Shown: piece after piece, positions 1 to 8,309 of the stretch
Position numbering within the stretch: position 1 is the stretch's first letter
Layout of the letters: each line of letters starts with the position of its first letter
DNA from: Clostridiales bacterium
GTDB taxonomy: Bacteria; Bacillota; Desulfotomaculia; Desulfotomaculales; VENG01
Direction of reading: 5' to 3'
Assembly (NCBI GenBank): GCA_016278505.1
Contig: JADQBQ010000005.1
Location: 36,771 to 100,770, forward strand
Length of the DNA: 64,000 nucleotides
Program-made: the position numbers and the translations under genes
Notes under the pieces: generated by a model
Told to the model about the DNA's origin: nothing
The model's database searches: none
Seen by the model: the letters and a program-made list of their open reading frames with translations, nothing else

Positions 1-2
1 AG

Positions 3-131
3 CAATGGATAGAACTTGTAGAGCCCATTCAACAGGACTTCGTAGCCAGGATGAACGAAAAAGGTCTAGAGGGAGAAAAGATTTTAAGCACAGTTAAACA
101 GTTAGCTAAAAAATACAACCAAGAATATTAA
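3..131 (+). CDS. 3' end of a TRAP-type solute-binding subunit gene (partial, starts upstream of window)
   Basis: Open frame from the window edge to TAA at 129-131. It is followed directly by DctQ- and DctM-like genes in the usual P-Q-M order. Only ~42 aa are visible, so the call is mainly contextual. Confidence 0.4.
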   Translation, partial: QWIELVEPIQQDFVARMNEKGLEGEKILSTVKQLAKKYNQEY

Positions 132-158
132 TTGACTTAATAAGCGGGGGTAAGAGGT

Positions 159-707
159 ATGAAACAAATGGTACAAAAAGCCGTTTGCAAATTTCCGGCC
201 GGTTTACAGGCCCGGTCCGGCACCAAACAACTTAGCGTTTTTGTTACCACACTGAGCCGGGTGCTTGATATGTTTGCCGGTCTATGCATGGTAGCCATTA
301 TGACACTAGTGGTATCAAACATAATATTGCGTACCGTCTTTAATCAGCCTATATTAGGCACGTACGAGTATGTGGGTTTTTTGACCGCCCTGGTAATCGG
401 CCTGGCTCTGGCTAATTGTGCTGTTCAAAATGGTCATATAGCAGTTGACTTCGTGGTGGAACGTTTTTCGGCTAAAGCACAGGCGACTACTGATATTGTG
501 ATTAACAGTGTCTCGCTGGGCTTTTGGTGTCTTGCATCCTGGCAACTTTGGGTTTATGCTGCCAGTACCGTAGATAAAGGGCTGGTCTCTCAGACTACAC
601 AAACACCTCTTTACCCCTTTATATATCTGGTATCCTTAGGTTTTTTTGCACTTTGCTTGGTAATACTGGTTAAATTATTTGATTCTATTAAAAGGGCGGT
701 CAGCTAG
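159..707 (+). CDS. TRAP transporter small permease subunit (DctQ-like)
   Basis: 182 aa with 4 predicted TM segments. It sits 3 nt upstream of the large-permease gene, with a G-rich SD before the ATG. Confidence 0.75.
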   Translation: MKQMVQKAVCKFPAGLQARSGTKQLSVFVTTLSRVLDMFAGLCMVAIMTLVVSNIILRTVFNQPILGTYEYVGFLTALVIGLALANCAVQNGHIAVDFVVERFSAKAQATTDIVINSVSLGFWCLASWQLWVYAASTVDKGLVSQTTQTPLYPFIYLVSLGFFALCLVILVKLFDSIKRAVS

Positions 708-710
708 TAA

Positions 711-2021
711 ATGAGTGAATTTGCAGTAGGAGTTATTGGCATAATATCTTTCTTTACTCTCTTGGCTTTGCGCATGCCCATTGCTTTTGCCATGGCGCTG
801 GTGGGTTTTGCCGGGTTCAGCTACCTGGTATCTCCCCCGGCCGCTTTTAGCATGCTCGCTCAGGAAATATATTCAACCTTTGCCTCACCTTCACTCAGCG
901 TTATAGCCATGTTTGTCTGGATGGGTTTTTTGGCCTTTTATTCGGGCATTGGTACCAAATTATATGTCTTTGCTTACAAACTTATAGGCCATTACCCCGG
1001 GGGACTGGCCATTGCCACCCAGGTAGCATGCGGCATATTTGGAGCTATCTGCGGATCAAATACAGCTACGGCGGCCACAATGGGAGCAATTGCCCTGCCG
1101 GAAATGCGAAAATACAAATATGATACCTCACTGGCCACCGCGGGTATCGCCGCAGGGGGCGTGCTGGGAGTTTTAATTCCACCCAGCGTAATCCTCATTG
1201 TTTACGGCATGTCCACGGAACAGTCGGTAGGGGAACTTTTTATGGCCGGCATAATACCGGCCATAATCTTGATGTTCTTCTACATGGCTGCCATATACAT
1301 TCTGGCATCACGCAACCCTGAAATTGCTCCCGCCGGACCAAAAGCCGGTTGGGAAGAGCGATTCACCGCTTTGCGCGGCGGATTAGGTGAAGTGCTGATT
1401 GTTTTTTCTGTTTCTATAGGAGGTCTTTTTGCAGGCTGGTTTACCCCTACTGAGGCCGGGGCTGTAGGTGCCGGCGGTGTATTAACGGTAGCCCTGCTGG
1501 GACGCCGCCTAAGCTGGGAAAACTTTAAGAGCTCACTTTTAGATGCCACACGTACTTCGGCAATGATCATGCTTATGGTGGCCGGGGCAATCGTTTTTGG
1601 CCGTTTCATGGCCGTGAGCAGATTGCCTTTCGAATTTGCTAACTGGGCGGGTTCTCTGCCGCTGCCACCCTTTGCTGTAATGGCAATAATTTTATTTATA
1701 TACCTAATTCTTGGCTGCTTTATCGATGCACTGGCCCTAATTCTTCTAACCATACCCATATTTTACCCTATAGTCGTTACCACTTTAGGGTACGACCCCA
1801 TTTGGTTCGGGGTAATTATCGTCATGGTAGTGGCCATGGGAGTGATTACACCGCCGGTGGGAATGAATGTGTATATTATTAAAGGAGTTGCACCCGATAT
1901 ACCATTGGAAAAAATATTTAAAGGTATTTGGCCATTCCTGATCGCGCTGGCGCTTTGCCTGGTATTACTGGTAGCCTTCCCGCAAATTGCCACCTTCCTG
2001 CCCGACTTACTATCCAAATAA
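711..2021 (+). CDS. TRAP transporter large permease subunit (DctM-like)
   Basis: 436 aa polytopic membrane protein with typical DctM size and sequence character (for example GSNTATAATMGAIALPEM). Confidence 0.9.
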   Translation: MSEFAVGVIGIISFFTLLALRMPIAFAMALVGFAGFSYLVSPPAAFSMLAQEIYSTFASPSLSVIAMFVWMGFLAFYSGIGTKLYVFAYKLIGHYPGGLAIATQVACGIFGAICGSNTATAATMGAIALPEMRKYKYDTSLATAGIAAGGVLGVLIPPSVILIVYGMSTEQSVGELFMAGIIPAIILMFFYMAAIYILASRNPEIAPAGPKAGWEERFTALRGGLGEVLIVFSVSIGGLFAGWFTPTEAGAVGAGGVLTVALLGRRLSWENFKSSLLDATRTSAMIMLMVAGAIVFGRFMAVSRLPFEFANWAGSLPLPPFAVMAIILFIYLILGCFIDALALILLTIPIFYPIVVTTLGYDPIWFGVIIVMVVAMGVITPPVGMNVYIIKGVAPDIPLEKIFKGIWPFLIALALCLVLLVAFPQIATFLPDLLSK

Positions 2022-2060
2022 GTTAACGGTTGGTGCCTGGCACCAATCGTTAACTTATTT
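2022..2060. terminator. bidirectional stem-loop terminator
   Basis: gttaacggttggtgcc/gcaccaatcgttaac hairpin followed by ttattt, lying between convergent genes. Confidence 0.6.
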
Positions 2061-2262
2061 ACGGCCGGTCACCCTTTCTGATAATCAAGTCGGCAAATTT
2101 CTCTTGTGACTTAGATGCCGCAATCCCCATATCTCCGATGAGTTTACGCAAATCAGAATCGACAATTTCCGTTTTGATCAAATTATAGGCTATAACAGCC
2201 ATTCTGGCATCCTTTTCATAATCCTGCAGCATATCCATATCGGTAAACTTCATTGGAATCAC
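2059..2262 (-). CDS. small helical protein, CotF/ferritin-like spore-coat-type (tentative)
   Basis: 67 aa. The pattern DMLQD..K......Y......E......LR resembles the Coat F domain. It overlaps the upstream ORF by 4 nt (ATGA). Confidence 0.35.
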   Translation of the reverse strand: MIPMKFTDMDMLQDYEKDARMAVIAYNLIKTEIVDSDLRKLIGDMGIAASKSQEKFADLIIRKGDRP

Positions 2263-2519
2263 TCCGTAGTAATGGATTCGTAATACTGCTGTAAAACTCT
2301 GGCACTTTTCCGCAGTAGCTTAGCTTCATCCTCAAAGTACTTTTTGACCTCCTGGTCAAAAGCATTTCCGGCAAAAAAGTCACACTTGCGAGCTGCAACT
2401 TGAGCTTCACTTGTTAATTTGGTCAGATAAGCCCCTTCCTTTATTCTTTGTATGCTAACAGGATCAAACTCACGTATTTTCTTCTTATTATCATTCAAAG
2501 CCTTAAATAGCTGTAACAA
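2259..2519 (-). CDS. small helical protein, translationally coupled partner of the CotF-like ORF
   Basis: 86 aa with a 4-nt overlap onto the downstream ORF. No family recognised with confidence. Confidence 0.3.
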   Translation of the reverse strand: MLQLFKALNDNKKKIREFDPVSIQRIKEGAYLTKLTSEAQVAARKCDFFAGNAFDQEVKKYFEDEAKLLRKSARVLQQYYESITTE

Positions 2520-2660
2520 AAAAACCTCCCCCTTTTGTCTTAAATTATTATTTCTAGGTTAACAATCAATTATGTGAGGCAGCTTTTGTATGTTAAAATA
2601 CAAAACCAGTTAGCCTTTAAAAGGCTAACTGGCAAAAGACAGGCAGGTTTGGTAAAAAGT

Positions 2661-2852
2661 CTATCTTTCCACTAAATTTTCAACGGAAACCTCTGTGACA
2701 GCACTTGCTTCGTCCAGCGGAGTTACCTTTGCCGTCTTGTCTTTCTGGCTTATACTCTCGATCCATACGGGAGAACCATTTAGCAATACATCAATTTTTT
2801 CCTCTACCTCAATTATTTGCTGCGCTCTTTCAAGATCCATAATTTTTCTCAC
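2661..2852 (-). CDS. sspH: H-type small acid-soluble spore protein
   Basis: MDLERAQQIIEVEEKIDVLLNGSPVWIESI...VTPLD...EVSVENL resembles B. subtilis SspH (RAKEIVES...V.YNG.PVYIQHV). The true start may be the ATG at 2840. Confidence 0.7.
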   Translation of the reverse strand: MRKIMDLERAQQIIEVEEKIDVLLNGSPVWIESISQKDKTAKVTPLDEASAVTEVSVENLVER

Positions 2853-2911
2853 TGCTCCTTTATATATTGGTACAGTATTAAGTTTTCCCAGTCCGGCAGC
2901 ATCTAAAACAT

Positions 2912-4543
2912 TTAACCCGGCCTATGCGAAGTGCTTCCTTGCTCAGCCATGAATTTACCCATTTCATACTCTCGCTGTCGGTCAACTCTCCCCTTACGCA
3001 GGAAAAACATTAGAGGCAAAGCAATTGCGATTATTATAGCAGCTATTATAAAGTCATCACTGATCGCCCTAACCATTGCCAGACGCTGAAGCTGAAGATT
3101 AGTAATGGCTGCTGCAACCGGCGCATCACCGACTATGCCGGCTAATCTTTCCAAAATACCGTTTGCTACCGGTGACATCCAGTTAACCTCGTCCCGCATC
3201 CAAGAAAAATGAAGTTTTTGGCGGGAAACCATAATATAGGTTAAAAAAGCAACCCCAAAAGAAGCAGAAATCTGTCGTGCTAAATTATTCAAAGCCGACG
3301 CACGGCCCGTAAGAGCCGGGGGCACCGTGTTCATCCCGGCGGTGGTAAGAGGCATCATGATCATACCCAGGCCTACCGCCCTAACAGCCAGCATTACCTG
3401 TAACCAGCGAAAGCTCGTATCCAGGGAAATGGTATGTAAATGATAAGTGGTCAGAATTAATATGGAAACTCCTACCAGGCCCAGGGGCATGGCTCCTATC
3501 TTATCAAACAGCCGCCCGCTTATGGGCATCATAATTCCACTGACAATGGCCATAGGCATCATCATCAAACCGGTCTCCATGGGAGTCAGACCCATCAAAT
3601 TCTGGGCATAAATAGGCACTAAAAATATGGCGGCAAATAATCCTACCGTCATTATGCTTGTACTAATAAGACTTATTGTTAAAATAGGGTTTTTTAACAA
3701 CCGCATGTCCAGCATAGGTTCTGAAAAATTCAATTCCCAAAGAATAAACATAATAAAGAGAAAACAAGCGGCAATTAGAAGACTGACAATGTAATAAGAA
3801 CTCCACCCCCAATCCTGCCCTTTACTAAGGGCCAGGAGCAGAAAGAAGCAACCTGTAGTAGATAAAAGAAAGCCTAACAGGTCAAACTTCAATTTAGGGT
3901 TAGGTGCAGTTTCCTGCAAGGCCATCATGGACAAGAATACGGCAACTGCACCCACCGGCAGGTTAATGGTAAAAACAGTACGCCAGCTAAATGCATCTAC
4001 TAGGTATCCGCCCAGAGTGGGGCCCACTGCCGGAGCAGCCATGGCAGCAATGCCCCACATCCCCATGGCCATACCCATACGCTCTCGTGGAATTATTCGA
4101 AACAGCATAGCCATACTTATAGGCATCATCATACCGCCGCCTATGGCTTGTATAACCCTGGCAAACACCAGAGAATTATTACTCCAGGCAGCAGCACACA
4201 ATCCCGAACCGATAGTAAATATTGTCAATGTAATCAGGTATACCCTTTTAAAGCCAAAGCGGTCCCCCAAATATCCCGTAACCGGCACAACGACTCCCGA
4301 TACCAACAAATAAGCCGTAAGCACCCACTGAATGTCTTCTGTCCCTACATTAAAAATTGCCATCATCCGGGGCAAGGCCACATTTACAATGCTCCCGTCC
4401 AGTATACCCATAAACGGACCCAGCACCAGTATAAATAATGCAGCCCAGGGAAATGGTTTCTCCGGCTCATTTTCTTGCGCCCCCGGTACTGGGGACGAAT
4501 TCTGCCTTGTCTTTTCCGCTTGGGGATCATCTTGCCGGCTCAT
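2912..4543 (-). CDS. MFS transporter, DHA2 (EmrB/QacA-like, 14-TMS) family
   Basis: 543 aa with about 14 TM segments and N-terminal MFS motifs (LPRM..., GYLGDRFGFKR). Confidence 0.85.
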   Translation of the reverse strand: MSRQDDPQAEKTRQNSSPVPGAQENEPEKPFPWAALFILVLGPFMGILDGSIVNVALPRMMAIFNVGTEDIQWVLTAYLLVSGVVVPVTGYLGDRFGFKRVYLITLTIFTIGSGLCAAAWSNNSLVFARVIQAIGGGMMMPISMAMLFRIIPRERMGMAMGMWGIAAMAAPAVGPTLGGYLVDAFSWRTVFTINLPVGAVAVFLSMMALQETAPNPKLKFDLLGFLLSTTGCFFLLLALSKGQDWGWSSYYIVSLLIAACFLFIMFILWELNFSEPMLDMRLLKNPILTISLISTSIMTVGLFAAIFLVPIYAQNLMGLTPMETGLMMMPMAIVSGIMMPISGRLFDKIGAMPLGLVGVSILILTTYHLHTISLDTSFRWLQVMLAVRAVGLGMIMMPLTTAGMNTVPPALTGRASALNNLARQISASFGVAFLTYIMVSRQKLHFSWMRDEVNWMSPVANGILERLAGIVGDAPVAAAITNLQLQRLAMVRAISDDFIIAAIIIAIALPLMFFLRKGRVDRQREYEMGKFMAEQGSTSHRPG

Positions 4544-4621
4544 ATTATCACTTCCTTGATTTTAGTGTTCTCTAATTGACGCGGTATCTCCTTCTGTAGG
4601 CACAAACCGTTTTCTCTGTCT

Positions 4622-4840
4622 AAACTCCCATGAACCATATACACAAACTAGCATGGAAAAACTACATTTTCGTGAAAGAAAGACTTCATAGGTCCAACAC
4701 TAAAAAAGAAAGGGCAATTGTTGACGGGATTGACGTGATTCTCGGGATAGAGATTAAAAACAAAGAGAAAGGAAAAGGCAAACACATTAGACAGGATTAC
4801 AGGATTCGCAGGATAAGGGATTTAAAGATATCGGTTAAAA
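4622..4840. repeat. dispersed non-coding repeat, copy A
   Basis: About 200 bp aligns with 23207..23407 (aaactcccatgaacc.tatacacaaactag...gggcaatt.ttgacgggatt...aggcaaacaca..agacaggatt...ggatttaaagata), with two short indels. Confidence 0.8.
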
Positions 4841-4921
4841 ATATAACAAAACCGCCGAAATAAATTAATGCTAATAAATATTATATGCAAAGAAATAATG
4901 AGGAAAACAAGCAAAGCTAAA

Positions 4922-5065
4922 AATCCTGTTGATCCTGTTAATCCTGTCGTAAAAAAAATGTTTGCCTCAAAGCCCCACATGCAAAGCCTTTTATCCCGCT
5001 TATTCCATTGATCCCGTCATAACCCACATGACCCATATACACAAACTAGTACGAAAAACTACATT
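4922..5065. repeat. partial, rearranged copy of the same repeat (inverted body plus direct head)
   Basis: 4922-5019 is a diverged reverse complement of the body at ~4735-4830 (caggatt repeats, aggcaaaca, cgggat). 5027-5065 repeats the head catga.ccatatacacaaactag.a.gaaaaactacatt in direct orientation. Confidence 0.6.
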
Positions 5066-5280
5066 GTCGCGAGAAAAACGAGCTAAATCAGTTCCCTTAT
5101 ACCCATTCTGGGCACATGGCGCGCGCTTTTCAGTACTTTTTTCTGTAAAAAAACAGTAACCCTCTTACGAGGGTTATGTTGCTTATAAAGTAAAGTTTAC
5201 TATCCTGTCTTTTACGCCCGCTTATTCATTTCATCTCGCAGGCCAGGCTAACGCTCAGTCACATATACTTACCTTAACAA

Positions 5281-5730
5281 TTATCCAGCCAGCCTTCCGG
5301 TTTTGAGTTTACCTCCGGGGATAACTCTCAATTTAACTTTCTTCTTAAGCTTACTGACCAAAAAGCTGAACAACGCCCCGGCCAAAGACACAGCACCCCA
5401 TAATAGTAAACTTTTAAAGCTCGTAGCGGTGCCCAATGCCAAACAAAAAATCGCTGCGAGAACAAAAACTTTAGCCGAAACAGAAGGATTAAGAAAAGAA
5501 TATACGCCACAGATAAGAAACAAGGGTGTTATCATCATTCCCATTACCCCGGTGCGGTAAAAACCAGTATCGTTTAATTGCGAGCCTTCCACGCAAACGG
5601 TAAAGGACTGCATTCCAACCAGATATAATAGCCCTAAACTTATTAACACTACAACGATTCTGAAAGTTATCCTGAAAAAATCACGCACGATATTTTCCTC
5701 CCCCGGAAATATTATCATGAACCGTAGCAT
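5281..5730 (-). CDS. hypothetical membrane protein
   Basis: 149 aa with 4 hydrophobic segments. No family recognised. Confidence 0.4.
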   Translation of the reverse strand: MLRFMIIFPGEENIVRDFFRITFRIVVVLISLGLLYLVGMQSFTVCVEGSQLNDTGFYRTGVMGMMITPLFLICGVYSFLNPSVSAKVFVLAAIFCLALGTATSFKSLLLWGAVSLAGALFSFLVSKLKKKVKLRVIPGGKLKTGRLAG

Positions 5731-5961
5731 AAATAACGTAATTTTATTAAATTTATTATCTCTTAATAACCAAATTTTATCTCATTGTGCGTGATATTTG
5801 CAACAAGTTTATGTATAAAGCATTGGAGTAATTTTCTGGGGAAATATATTGTAAAAAATCAGAGTTTAGGAAAAAATAGTGCTGAGGGAATATTTCGTGC
5901 CTTAATCATTATTAATGCCAAGTTAACTTGTTTAACAGGTGATGGGAGTGAATAAATAATA

Positions 5962-7131
5962 TTGAGTTTAAAGATAGTAACTTTTACTGACAGTTATTTA
6001 CCGTATAACAGTGGGGTTGTACACTCTATTGAAACTCTCATGGAGGAATTATCTTCCTGGGGGCACAAAATTTTGGTTTGTGCCCCCAGGTACCCTAATT
6101 GCATTGAAAACTCTAATATTTTCCGCATCACCTCGGTACCTTCCCCGACCGACCGCGACTATTATTTAGCCCTTCCATTCTCGGGACGTGTAAACGCTAT
6201 ATTAAAGACAATAAATCCGGACATTATCCATGTCCATCACCCCTTTGGCTTAGGGTGGATGGGCAAGAAAATTGCCCGGCGCCTAGGTATCCCCGTGGTT
6301 TATACCTGCCATACTTTTTATGAATTCTATAACCATTATGTACCCATTAACGCCTCCCTTGCCAATTTAATAATTAGGAAAGTTTATAAGAATTTCTGCA
6401 ACCAGTGTGATACAGTAATAGCCCCCACAGCAGTCACCCGTGATTACTTAAGACATTTAGGTGTTATAACACCCGTCAGCGTAATTCCCACCGGTATAAA
6501 AACTGAAAAGTTCATATTCGGCGAAAAAGGGTGGCTGCGAAAAAGATACGGTATAGCTCCGGAAGAAAAAATATTACTCTGTGTAGGAAGGCTCGGGAAA
6601 GAAAAAAATATGAGCTTTATCATTGAATGTTTTGCCGCTGTCAATAAAGAATTCCCGGAAACAAAATTAGTTATGGTCGGCAGGGGACCCCAAAAGGATG
6701 AATTGGAATGTTTGGCCCAGGATTTGGGCGTAAGGGAAAAAGTCATTTTTACAGGCCTTTTACCCAAAGAAGAGGTTATAAAGTGCTACCGTGACTCCCA
6801 CCTTTTTGTGTTCGCATCAGTATCGGAAACACAGGGACTGGTAGTATCCGAAGCAAAATCCGCCGGGCTACCGATTATCGCAGTAAAAGCAAACGGAGTG
6901 TCGGAAATGGTTCACAATGGGGTTGATGGCTTTTTAACCGAGCCGTCGCAGGAAGCGTTCCTGGAAAAAATAATGCTGCTGCTGGAGAATGATGACTTAA
7001 GACAGCAAATGTCCGGAAAAGCCCGTGAAAATTCAAAAATGTTATCCTCTAAAAATTACGCTTATAAAGTGTTAAAAGTATATTTAGCTTTAGTCGATGG
7101 TACAAAGGCAGGTTCTGCCCAGTCAAATTAA
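5962..7131 (+). CDS. glycosyltransferase family 4 (GT-B, Glycos_transf_1 type)
   Basis: 389 aa with TTG start. The N-terminus is GT4-like (IVTFTDSYLPYNSGV). The C-terminus has the E-x7-E-like region (FVFASVSETQGLVVSEAKSAGLPIIA). Confidence 0.85.
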   Translation: MSLKIVTFTDSYLPYNSGVVHSIETLMEELSSWGHKILVCAPRYPNCIENSNIFRITSVPSPTDRDYYLALPFSGRVNAILKTINPDIIHVHHPFGLGWMGKKIARRLGIPVVYTCHTFYEFYNHYVPINASLANLIIRKVYKNFCNQCDTVIAPTAVTRDYLRHLGVITPVSVIPTGIKTEKFIFGEKGWLRKRYGIAPEEKILLCVGRLGKEKNMSFIIECFAAVNKEFPETKLVMVGRGPQKDELECLAQDLGVREKVIFTGLLPKEEVIKCYRDSHLFVFASVSETQGLVVSEAKSAGLPIIAVKANGVSEMVHNGVDGFLTEPSQEAFLEKIMLLLENDDLRQQMSGKARENSKMLSSKNYAYKVLKVYLALVDGTKAGSAQSN

Positions 7132-7241
7132 GCTGGACAAAAGCTAAAGTTGAACAGCGGGACTAAAGAGAAAAGGGGACACACCTCCTGCAGAGGTATG
7201 TCCCCGACAAGTTGGGATTCCTCCCCACCTGAAACTCCCAC

Positions 7242-7628
7242 TTACCGTCCCATCATTCCATAGCCGTGACCGTTTCCTCTTTGCCCTCCGTCACTATATT
7301 GTGAATCTCCCATCATATAGTTGGAATCCATTTGATAATTATATTGCTGCATATAATTGAAATGATCTGACCATGTTTGGTTTTGATCGAAGTCCACATC
7401 AGTTTCTATTTCAGTTTCACCGGCACGATACTCTCCCCAATTGAACATATGGTTATCATATGCACCGGAATCTCCTCGTCCTACATACATGTCCTCGGAT
7501 GCCACGGCAGTATTTTGATGATTAGAAGACTGCATCATTGGTATCCCCCATGAAGCAAAAGCTGCCGGAGCCATAACACCAACAATTAACAGGGCACCTA
7601 AAGTCAAAGTTAATACTTTTCTTTTCAT
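7242..7628 (-). CDS. secreted Met/Gly/Tyr-rich small protein (family member 1)
   Basis: Signal peptide ending AFA-SW, a TWSDHFNYMQQYNYQM core and a GHGYGMMGR tail. Good SD (caggagg) precedes the ATG. Confidence 0.6.
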   Translation of the reverse strand: MKRKVLTLTLGALLIVGVMAPAAFASWGIPMMQSSNHQNTAVASEDMYVGRGDSGAYDNHMFNWGEYRAGETEIETDVDFDQNQTWSDHFNYMQQYNYQMDSNYMMGDSQYSDGGQRGNGHGYGMMGR

Positions 7629-7820
7629 TTAAAAAGTACCTCCTGAATTTAAATTTTAAGTTCAATAACATTAGGGGTTCCACGGCAATTATTCTTTTTT
7701 AGACCCCAGTTGTTATGTTATTTTCATCATATAAAATAAAAATAACAGCTCAAGGACGAAAGTATAACGATTTCTTCACAACTATGGGGACAGGCACCTT
7801 GGCATACTTTCCTAGACAAT

Positions 7821-7843
7821 AAAAAAACCGCCATTTCAGGCGG
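7821..7843 (-). terminator. intrinsic terminator after tctB copy 1
   Basis: ccgcc/ggcgg stem. The A7 run on the + strand gives a U-run on the minus strand. Confidence 0.5.
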
Positions 7844-7862
7844 AAAGTACTTCATATGAAAG

Positions 7863-8309
7863 CTACCCGCCGAAAACAATACCAACGGGAAGCGGTACTA
7901 AAAATGCATAGTTGAAGACACCGTAGAAAACTGCGGTTATCAGTGAAGCAATGACCACCGACTTTACAGGAGATACTTTTTTTGTGTTATCTAAAAGTTT
8001 AAAGAATACAGCCAGGAATAACAGGCTGGCCAAAGCAAAGCCGATGAGGATAATGGCACCAACGTAGGCTATTACACCTATTATCATCGGTATTAGCCTT
8101 TTTGCTTCTACGCCAGCGAAGGCCGGTTCAATGTTTTTCTTGATTAAGCTTTGAATTAACTGGATACCGCTAAAAAGTGCGAGAACAATTATGATTATTC
8201 TGGGGAAAAAGCCACCCATTTCACTGAGCCCGGACCCTTCACTCCAAAATATCCCACTGATGATCAAGATAATTGCTGCTGATATAATGTCTTTATTAAG
8301 CATTAGCAT
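7863..8309 (-). CDS. tctB: tripartite tricarboxylate transporter small membrane subunit (TctB), copy 1
   Basis: 148 aa, 4 TM, overlapping the tctA stop. Protein is identical to 15672..16118. Confidence 0.8.
   Translation of the reverse strand: MLMLNKDIISAAIILIISGIFWSEGSGLSEMGGFFPRIIIIVLALFSGIQLIQSLIKKNIEPAFAGVEAKRLIPMIIGVIAYVGAIILIGFALASLLFLAVFFKLLDNTKKVSPVKSVVIASLITAVFYGVFNYAFLVPLPVGIVFGG

Noticed and set aside
5082-5099. An exact 18-nt match, gctaaatcagttccctta, also found at 46923..46940.
   Set aside because: A single short match. My rough expectation for such a match in a 64 kb window is low but not negligible, and no shared context or structure was evident.
4630-5159. Track ORFs 4630..4863 and 4962..5159 (MNHIHKLAWKNYIF... 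and ...MTHIHKLVRK...) as possible small protein genes.
   Set aside because: They fall inside the dispersed repeat. The homologous copy at 23213 reads MNLIHKLV-stop, so the frame is not conserved and a non-coding repeat is the better explanation.
7741-7790. Weaker SigI-like arrangement upstream of Met-rich family member 1 (minus strand CCCC-N16-CGTTATAC).
   Set aside because: The -10 is CGTT rather than CGAA and the conserved leader is absent. It was kept out of the regulon claim and is only mentioned as a candidate to test.
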